From an uncultured Actinomycetes bacterium (GTDB lineage Bacteria > Actinomycetota > Thermoleophilia > RBG-16-64-13), in assembly GCA_963841735.1 (NCBI GenBank), contig CAWJDT010000001.1:576001-640000 (forward strand): a stretch of DNA of 64,000 bases, given 5' to 3'. Shown here one piece after another: positions 56,827 to 64,000 of this stretch. The notes under the pieces were generated by a model, which saw only the letters and a program-made list of their open reading frames with translations, was not told the origin of the DNA and did not search any database. The translations under genes and the position numbers were made by a program. Numbering within the stretch: position 1 is the stretch's first letter; every line of letters starts with the position of its first letter.

Positions 56827-58211
56827 ATGCCTCACCCGACCGGCCGGGGCTACACCCTTCTTGCCCTAGCCGCCGTGACCTACCTGGCCGCACGGCTGGT
56901 CGGCACCTGGGAGCTCTTCATGCTCGCCTTCACGCTTCTCGCGGTCGTCTTGCTCTGCTGGCTGCTGGTGACCCTGACCGGCCGGCGAACGAGCGTAGTT
57001 CGCACACTCGCCCCCGATCAACCTGTCGCGGGAGACGAGCCCGAGATCGTCTCGACGATCAAGAATGAATCCTTCTTGCCGGGACCGCAGCTGACGCTGC
57101 GTAGTCGCTTGGAGGGGCTGAGCGGCGCGAATCTCGAGGCAGAGGTGGAGAGTCTGCGTCCGCGCGGTGAGAAGGTGATCAAAGCCCGCATCGAGGTGGT
57201 CAACCGAGGCGTGCACTATCTGCCCCCCCTGAGGCCATCGCTGAGGACCCCTTGGGAGTGGCGCGGGCCGTCCACCGGACAGGTGACCCGCTGACGGTGA
57301 CCGTCCTTCCCAAGGTGGCGCTGCTCGAATCGTGTGCGCTACACCCGGATATCGGCCTGCGGCACGACTGGGCCGGCCGGCAGGGGCTTAGCACTTTTGG
57401 GGCGTCGGAATTCCGGGGGATCCGGCCGCACCAGCCCGGAGAGCCACTCAGCCACATCGATTGGAAGAGCACGGCCAAAACCGGCATCCTGATGCTCCGC
57501 GAGATGGACGAACCCGCCGGCGCCGACATCACCTTGTTGCTCGACGGCACCAAGGCCCAGGTGTCGGGAGAACCGCCAAACAACAATTTTGAGTTGGCCG
57601 TGAGAGCGGCGGGCAGCATAGGAGACTTCCTTCTCCGCGCAGGTCACGGGCTCAGACTACTCTGCCACGAGCACGCGTGGAGACGTGAGCGCCTCACAGC
57701 CGACGAAGGCGGTCGCCGCGCCCTGTTACAGGCACTGGCCGAGACGCAGCCTACCGCTGCCGCGCCGCTGGCCGTCGGCCTGCAGCGCCTCCGTACTGGT
57801 GACTCTCGTCTGCTCCGCGCACAGAGCATCACGGTCGTCAGCATGTCGCTGAGCCTCCAGCTGGTACGCACCCTGCTTGAGTTGCGCGACGAGAGCGCCC
57901 GGCCGGCCTTCGTGTATGTGGCCGGCGAATCGTTCGCCAAGGCGGACAACCCCTCCTCTTTGTTACCCTTCCTAGCGCCAAAGCGTTTCGGCGGCGCCGC
58001 GCACCACAACACAGCCGCCGCTAGCCCGATCGTACCGGCCGAACCTGCCGCGGGGGAGGAGGGCTCCGCCCTCTCCGCTGAGGCCGGCGCCCTCCTGCTC
58101 TCTCTGTCTTCCGCCGGTATCCCCTGCCTGACTCTCAACCGCGGCGATGACCTCACCGACCGGCTTTCCCTATGGCGCCCAGACCGCCGGGGCCAGGCCG
58201 CGGTGCTGTAG
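56827..58211 (+). CDS. DUF58 protein (frameshift at the C7 run 57223-57229)
   Basis: N-terminal TMs, RG...L, DPLG, EFRGIR.HQPG..L.HIDWKSTAK; lies between MoxR and a transglutaminase. Confidence 0.85.
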
Positions 58212-58227
58212 GCAGGGCCGGAATATC

Positions 58228-60528
58228 GTGAAAGTCCTTCCCCGTTTCATATACCTTAGCTGCTTCATCGGCTTGGGAGCGGTCTCCGCTCTGGCCCTCG
58301 ACCAAGCGGTGGAACCCTCCATGTCTGCCGTCCTTCTCCGGGCCGTGTTCATAGCAGCCGCCTGCGCGGCTCCAGGATTGATCTGGCGCAGGCTCTGGCC
58401 GCTGGCTATCGTGCTCCTCCCCTTGGGCTGCTACTTCCTGCTGCGAACCACGGTCCCGCTGCCCACCACGGTGCATGGTCTCGGCAATCACCTCGACTTC
58501 TACCTGAGCCAACTGCGGCAAGGGGCAACCGCCTACGAAACTACTCTCTTCCCTCTGCCCGTAGGAGAGTTCCCGGCATTGCGAGCGTTGCTGGCGTTCT
58601 CAGCCTACTGGCTGTTGGCGGCAGCGGCTTTTCTGGCCCTCAGCCTCCGCAGAGCGATCCCGGCGGTGGTGCTCGTTCTAGCCTTGCTGGGCTACGGTCT
58701 GACAGTGGATGACAAGCCGCGGGTGCTATGGCCCGCGCTTCTGTTCGGTGTCCTGTCGGTGTGTCTGATAGTGATCTGCCGCGGACTCGCCCGCGGTAGC
58801 TGGCGGCCGCGAGACGTGGCCACCGGCGGTCTTATCGGGGTAGCCGCATCGGTTCTCGCGCTTGGGCTGATGTTGGGCGCACCCTCCGTGGCGGCCACCC
58901 CTTGGCAGGACTGGCGCTCCTGGGACCCGTTCCGGCAAGGTGCGCCCGCGTACACGTTCAATTGGCTACAAAACTTTCCCGGCTTACTCGATCCAAGCAA
59001 CAACTTCGTGGTAATGCAGGTGCGATCCCCCTTACCGGCCTACTGGCGGGCCAACGCCCTCGACACCTTCACTGGGACCGCCTGGGTCACATCGCAGGCC
59101 TTCCTTTCTCGGGTCGAGGGAACCACCGGCGCGAACGGCTACATATACACGCTGCCCGCGACCGAACTCATGCCCGCCGGGGAGACTGTGACCGAGACTT
59201 TCCAGATCCGCGACGTATACACCAACTACTTTTTTGCGGGCGGCGACCCCCAGACCCTCGACCTCGATCAGAATGTCGCTCTGCGCATGAACAGCATGCG
59301 CTCGCTGCGGGTAAGCAACGCCCTGGGACCAACACTCGACTACAGGATCACCGCGGTCATCCCCCGCCTCAAGCCGGCCGATCTGGTAGGGCTCGGCACC
59401 GACTATCCGGCCGAGTTGGATCGCTACCGCACTCTGCCCTGGGGCACCATCGCCGATCTCAGGGGCCCCGACAAGGATGCGGAGTGGCGCAGCAAGGTGG
59501 AGTCTGGTGCGCCAGACGGCTGGGAATGGACCGAGCTCTACTCCTTCAACCGCCGCGTCGTCGGTGAAGCGACCGACCCTTACCAGATCGCCCTTCTCAT
59601 CGAGCGGTATCTGCGCCGCAACTACACATACTCGCTCGAGCCCCCGACAGGCGAGTACTTCTCCCCGTACGCAGCCTTCTTGTTCAACTACCGCACCGGC
59701 TACTGCCAGCACTTCGCCGGTGTCATGACCTTGCTGCTGCGCTACAACGGCATCCCGGCGCGGGTCGCGGTGGGCTTCACCACTGGATCTCCCGATACGA
59801 CGGGGACATATGTGGTCAGCAGGAACAACGCTCACGCCTGGGTGGAGTCCTACTTCCCCGGTGTTGGCTGGGTGAATTTCGATCCCACTCCGGGACGGAG
59901 CATACCCACTGCGGGCGGCTCCTCCACCAGCCCAGGGTTCATCGATCCCTTCAGCAATGCAGCGGCACCAGAGTCGGGGACCGTTGACACCGTCCCGACT
60001 CCCACCACCCTCCCCGCGCAAAGCCAGGCGGGGGGAAACCCCGCAACGCCCGACGAGAAACAAGCCCTCGGCCAAGCCACCTGGTTGCCCTGGGTGGCCG
60101 CTGTGGTGGCCATGGGAGCGATCTGGCCCCTCCTCCTCGGGCTGTGGCGACGGCGGCGGCTTCACAGGGGAGCCCCGGACCGGCGCTTGGAGGCGTCGCT
60201 AGCACTTCTCAGGACCGACCTACGTGACCACGGGGTACCCATCACTCCGGCCCACACTCTCGCTGAAGCTCTGCAAGTACTCCAGCACCAGGTTGGCGTG
60301 GCTCCCGACCTGGTGCTTGTCGAGCGGGCCGATTGTGTACTGTTCGGGGGCAGGAGTGCCTCTAATGAAGACCTGACGCGGGCCAAGAGTTTCCGCTCCC
60401 AGGTTGGGAGAGTCCTGCGAAGCCATCGAGGCTGGTTCAGAACCGTCTGTGCGTGGTACGGAATACCACGCCGGCGGACGCCCACCCCTCAGGCGAAGGG
60501 TCATCCCGGACGGTTTGGCGCCGCCTAA
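58228..60528 (+). CDS. transglutaminase-domain membrane protein (TgpA-like)
   Basis: TM region, YWR...LD.F, GYCQHFA, GIPARVAVGF, HAWVE, FDPTP. Confidence 0.9.
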   Translation: MKVLPRFIYLSCFIGLGAVSALALDQAVEPSMSAVLLRAVFIAAACAAPGLIWRRLWPLAIVLLPLGCYFLLRTTVPLPTTVHGLGNHLDFYLSQLRQGATAYETTLFPLPVGEFPALRALLAFSAYWLLAAAAFLALSLRRAIPAVVLVLALLGYGLTVDDKPRVLWPALLFGVLSVCLIVICRGLARGSWRPRDVATGGLIGVAASVLALGLMLGAPSVAATPWQDWRSWDPFRQGAPAYTFNWLQNFPGLLDPSNNFVVMQVRSPLPAYWRANALDTFTGTAWVTSQAFLSRVEGTTGANGYIYTLPATELMPAGETVTETFQIRDVYTNYFFAGGDPQTLDLDQNVALRMNSMRSLRVSNALGPTLDYRITAVIPRLKPADLVGLGTDYPAELDRYRTLPWGTIADLRGPDKDAEWRSKVESGAPDGWEWTELYSFNRRVVGEATDPYQIALLIERYLRRNYTYSLEPPTGEYFSPYAAFLFNYRTGYCQHFAGVMTLLLRYNGIPARVAVGFTTGSPDTTGTYVVSRNNAHAWVESYFPGVGWVNFDPTPGRSIPTAGGSSTSPGFIDPFSNAAAPESGTVDTVPTPTTLPAQSQAGGNPATPDEKQALGQATWLPWVAAVVAMGAIWPLLLGLWRRRRLHRGAPDRRLEASLALLRTDLRDHGVPITPAHTLAEALQVLQHQVGVAPDLVLVERADCVLFGGRSASNEDLTRAKSFRSQVGRVLRSHRGWFRTVCAWYGIPRRRTPTPQAKGHPGRFGAA

Positions 60529-60542
60529 TATACAATTACGTC

Positions 60543-60785
60543 ATGACGACTGCGCAAATCACCAAGAAGAAGCTGCCGGTCTTCACGCTGAACCGCTGCA
60601 AACAGTGTGGCATCTGCAGCCATTTCTGCCCCACTGAGGCCATCGCCCTCCACAAGGACGGCACGCCGTTCCTCGCCCATCCCGAGGCCTGTACCTCGTG
60701 CGGGCTGTGTGAAGACATGTGCCCCGATTGGGCCGTGTGTTTGAGCCTAGTCGAGCTTGGGGAAGCCGACAAGGACACCGCCTGA
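60543..60785 (+). CDS. 2x[4Fe-4S] ferredoxin
   Basis: CKQCGICSHFCP and CTSCGLCEDMCP. Confidence 0.88.
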   Translation: MTTAQITKKKLPVFTLNRCKQCGICSHFCPTEAIALHKDGTPFLAHPEACTSCGLCEDMCPDWAVCLSLVELGEADKDTA

Positions 60786-60805
60786 TCTATCTGTAAGAGG
60801 GGCTC

Positions 60806-61993
60806 ATGGGCAAAGTGATCTACCTCGACCACGCTTCTACCACCCCGGTTGACCCCGAGGTCGTAGCGGCCATGCTCCCGTGGCATACACACGAATACGG
60901 TAACCCGTCGACCGTCTACAGCCTGGGCCTCACTGCCGCTCAGGCCGTGACCGAAGCCCGCGAGTCGATAGCTCACACCATCGGCGCGGAGCCCGAGGAG
61001 ATCTACTTCACCAGCGGCGGCACCGAGTCCGACAACTGGAGCATACTGGGCACTGCCGAAGCTCAGCAGAAGAAGGGGCATCACCTCGTCACCTCCGCCA
61101 TCGAGCATCACGCCGTGTTGGAGACGATGGACTACCTGGAGAAACGCGGCTACGAGATCACCAGAGTGCCGGTTGGCGCAAGTGGCCTAGTCGACCCCGA
61201 GGACGTACGCGACGCCATCCGCCCCGACACCATCCTCGTGTCCATCATGCATGCCAACAACGAAGTGGGCACCATCGAGCCCATCGCCGAGATCGGCAAG
61301 ATCACGCGCGAGGCAGGAGTTCTCTTCCACACCGACGCCGTGCAGACCGCCGGCAAGCTCCCGCTCGATGTCAACGAGCTGGGCGTGGACATGCTCTCCA
61401 TGAGCGCGCACAAGTTCTATGGTCCCAAGGGCGTCGGACTCACGTACTTGCGCAAGCGCACCCGGCTGACGCCTCTGCTCCACGGGGGCGGCCAGGAGAA
61501 GGGCCGCAGGGCAGGCACTCTCAACGTGCCGGGCATCGTGGGCATGGCCAAGGCCCTCGAGTTGGCGACCTCCCGCATGGCCGACGACGCCGTCCGCGAA
61601 GCCGAGTTGCGCGACCGCTTGTGGGCCGGTCTCAGCGCCCAGATCGAATCGATCCATCTGAACGGGGATCTGACCCACCGTCTTCCCGGCAATCTGAACG
61701 TCCGCCTCGACGGCATCGAGGGTGAGTCGATGATCCTCATGCTCGACATGGAGGGCATCTGCGTGTCCTCGGGCTCGGCCTGCACCACCGGCTCTTTGGA
61801 GCCCAGCCATGTGCTTCTTGCGCTCGGCATCCCGGCCGAACACGCGCACGGCTCCCTGCGGGTCACCCTCGGCCGCGGCACCACCGCCGAGGACATCGAC
61901 TTCTTCATCAGCGTCTTCCCTCCAATCGTGGCGAGGCTGCGGGAGATGTCGCCCATCTGGTGCTCCAACTGCGCGTGCAAACAAAGGAACTGA
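60806..61993 (+). CDS. nifS: cysteine desulfurase
   Basis: YLDHASTT, SAHKFYGPKG, SSGSACT. Confidence 0.95.
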   Translation: MGKVIYLDHASTTPVDPEVVAAMLPWHTHEYGNPSTVYSLGLTAAQAVTEARESIAHTIGAEPEEIYFTSGGTESDNWSILGTAEAQQKKGHHLVTSAIEHHAVLETMDYLEKRGYEITRVPVGASGLVDPEDVRDAIRPDTILVSIMHANNEVGTIEPIAEIGKITREAGVLFHTDAVQTAGKLPLDVNELGVDMLSMSAHKFYGPKGVGLTYLRKRTRLTPLLHGGGQEKGRRAGTLNVPGIVGMAKALELATSRMADDAVREAELRDRLWAGLSAQIESIHLNGDLTHRLPGNLNVRLDGIEGESMILMLDMEGICVSSGSACTTGSLEPSHVLLALGIPAEHAHGSLRVTLGRGTTAEDIDFFISVFPPIVARLREMSPIWCSNCACKQRN

Positions 61994-61994
61994 T

Positions 61995-62415
61995 ATGTAC
62001 TCAGAGCTTGTTATGGAACACTTCCGGAACCCTCGCAACATGGGCTCCATCGAGGATGCGGACGGCGTGGGCGAGGTCGGCAACCCGCAGTGCGGGGACA
62101 TGATGCGCATCACCATCAAGGTCAAGGATGACGTCCTTGAGGACGTGAAGTTTCAGACCTTGGGCTGCGGAGCCGCCGTCGCCACTTCGAGCATGGTCAC
62201 CGAGATGGCCAAAGGGCAAGAAACTGGATGAGGCCCTGGAAATCACCAACAAGGCAGTGGCCGAGGCCCTGGGCGGGCTTCCTCCGGCCAAGATGCACTG
62301 CTCCAACCTGGCCGCCGATGGGCTCCGGGCCGCCATCGACGACTACCGCGCGCGGCACGCCGCCATAGGGGCGCAATGCGCCCCACTGGTGCGCGCCGCG
62401 CACCGGCTTGTCTGA
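61995..62415 (+). CDS. nifU: Fe-S cluster scaffold NifU/IscU (frameshift at ~62214; end uncertain)
   Basis: MEHFRNPRN, GNPQCGD, GCGAA, then LPPAKMHCSNL in the next frame. Confidence 0.9.
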
Positions 62416-62915
62416 CCGTTACGCTTCTGCTCTTTGCCTTCGGCCTGCACTCAGCCCTCCGCTGGCCGCGCAGTCGGGCGATAGACTGGCAGCCGACACC
62501 ACCTACACCGCCGACCTGGACGGTGACGGCAGCAGCGAAACCATCCTCATCGACGGAGACACGGCTTCTCTTACCATCACCGACGGCGACACCGTCTATC
62601 ACAGCCGCGACAAGTGGCGACTGGTCGAAGCCGCGCTTGGTGACACCGACCGCAACGGGCTTCCTCGAGGTGGTGGCCCTCCTGGACGCGGACGACGGAC
62701 GCCACCTGGGCCTGTTCGCCTACTTCGGCGGAGAGTACCGGGAGCGCCTCGTGACGAGCGAACTCACCCCCCGACCCCTCTCGCTGCGCGTGCTCCCCGA
62801 TGACCTACTGGAGCTCACGCAGGAACTCCCCTCCGGCCAGGACGGCACTCGGACCGTCCTCTACCGCTGGAACGGTTTCGGCTTCACCGCCATGGATCCG
62901 GCCGATTTGCCGTAA
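62376..62915 (+). CDS. secreted protein with FG-GAP-like DLDGDG motifs (two apparent frameshifts)
   Basis: N-terminal hydrophobic segment; ADLDGDG and GDTDRNG in the alternate frame; C-terminal YRWNGFGF. Confidence 0.6.
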   Translation: MRPTGARRAPACLTVTLLLFAFGLHSALRWPRSRAIDWQPTPPTPPTWTVTAAAKPSSSTETRLLLPSPTATPSITAATSGDWSKPRLVTPTATGFLEVVALLDADDGRHLGLFAYFGGEYRERLVTSELTPRPLSLRVLPDDLLELTQELPSGQDGTRTVLYRWNGFGFTAMDPADLP

Positions 62916-63000
62916 CGGGCCAAGCAAGCGTCCTCCGACCGTAATAGAATCGTTACACGGTGGAATTATGGTGGGGCAAATACCAACGTAGGGGGTAGTC

Positions 63001-64000
63001 ATGGACCGACGCCCGGCAGTCATCTTCTTTCTAGTAGTCGCTCTGGCCGCGTTGACGGCCCTGGCGTCCCTCGGCTGCGGCGCGAGTGGAACCAGCGTGA
63101 CCAACAACGGCAATCAGAGTGCCGGCACCACCAACCCGTCCACCGGTCAGTCGAGCGCCACCGGGGACTCGAAGCCCCCCGCCGGCATGGTGGGACCCTT
63201 CACCGAGCCCGACTACCTCGACTCGCAGCCGGTCGATCTTGCGGCCATCACCAATCTCGAGGCGGCCGGCCTTGCCGACGCCGAGCAACAGGTACTCGCC
63301 CGGCAGAGCTTCGTCGCCGTCGGCCTGCCCCCCGACGAGACATCGTGGAAGTTCTGGCAGGTCTACGAGACGGCCCGCTACCAGGGCCTGCCGGTCTTCG
63401 TCACCACCGATTCCGTCCTCAACGCCTATCACGGCCTCTTCGACACCATTCTCCAACGCATGGAGGAAACGTCTCTCTTCGACCAGGCGGTCGTCATGAC
63501 CGAGGCTTTGTACTCGTCGGCTTCCGACCAATGGAACACTGCCACCGACCCGACCATCAAGGAGGAGGCGCGCCTCAACATGGCCTTCTTCGCGGTGGCC
63601 GACTCGCTGCTCAAGGGCGCAAGCGCGAGCCCGGACGTGGTGGCGGACGAGGTCCAGGCAGAGCTGGCCCTCATCGAAGCCGCCGCCGGCCCGAGTGGTT
63701 CTCCCGTCCTCGGATACACCGAGGACTACAGCCAGTACACCCCCCGCGGCCACTACACCCGCAGCGAGCAGCTGAAGCGCTACTTCAAGACCATGATGTG
63801 GTACGGCCACACCGCTTTCTACATCAACCCCGGCGAACCCGACATCACCCTAGAAGAGGCGCTCAGCCTCACCCGGCGGGCCATCCTGGTCGCGTCGTCG
63901 CTCGTGGGCCCGGCCAAGGAGGCGTGGATGGCCATCTACGAGCCCACCAGCTTCCTGGTCGGACGAGCCGACGACATCACCGTGGACGACATGGCGCAGG
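63001..64000 (+). CDS. DUF3160-family lipoprotein (partial, runs off the window end)
   Basis: Not in the ORF track. ATG 63001, lipobox SLGC, PVFVTTDS, EDYSQYTPRGHYTRSEQL..YFKTMMWYG. Confidence 0.85.
   Translation, partial: MDRRPAVIFFLVVALAALTALASLGCGASGTSVTNNGNQSAGTTNPSTGQSSATGDSKPPAGMVGPFTEPDYLDSQPVDLAAITNLEAAGLADAEQQVLARQSFVAVGLPPDETSWKFWQVYETARYQGLPVFVTTDSVLNAYHGLFDTILQRMEETSLFDQAVVMTEALYSSASDQWNTATDPTIKEEARLNMAFFAVADSLLKGASASPDVVADEVQAELALIEAAAGPSGSPVLGYTEDYSQYTPRGHYTRSEQLKRYFKTMMWYGHTAFYINPGEPDITLEEALSLTRRAILVASSLVGPAKEAWMAIYEPTSFLVGRADDITVDDMAQ

Noticed and set aside
57223-57229. Phase variation or programmed frameshift at the C7 run in DUF58
   Set aside because: Indistinguishable from the homopolymer indels seen elsewhere in this assembly
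55723-60528. MoxR-DUF58-transglutaminase as a novel system
   Set aside because: Widespread, previously described gene triad
1-64000. CRISPR array, rRNA, prophage or intact transposase
   Set aside because: No regularly spaced repeats, rRNA motifs, phage structural genes or transposase ORFs were recognised

Overview
High-GC bacterial chromosome segment, most consistent with a deep-branching, probably anaerobic Actinomycetota lineage (inference from gene content). Single-base frameshifts cluster near both window ends and probably reflect long-read errors. Layout: (1) 1-22.2 kb is a surface-polysaccharide locus (GT4, rmlDACB, manC, an aminotransferase/dehydrogenase/acetyltransferase trio, an O-antigen-ligase-family protein, a priming transferase, a Wzc-like kinase and a PHP phosphatase). 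It is interrupted by five toxin-antitoxin modules plus a relic, and carries a small stand-alone protein with an LPXTG-like FPMTG signal. (2) 22-45 kb is mostly housekeeping: tRNA-Ala(CGC), a GtrA/GT2/GT-C trio, mtaB, dtd, an ECF sigma pair, a ClC channel and a type-2 ileS under an Ile T-box. (3) 45.9-54.7 kb is the best candidate for an uncharacterised system: a tightly coupled minus-strand operon of a ~1890-aa secreted C25 (gingipain-like) protein, a PqqD/RRE protein, a radical SAM-SPASM enzyme, a 70-aa Cys-rich precursor peptide with a YxxPxL leader, an HprK-like P-loop protein and an S24/S26 peptidase. (4) 55-64 kb holds MoxR-DUF58-transglutaminase, ferredoxin-nifS-nifU and a DUF3160 lipoprotein. 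A 159-bp palindromic element occurs twice, once in frame inside ileS and once inside the loop of the ileS T-box terminator. All family calls come from motif recognition by eye; no database searches were run.
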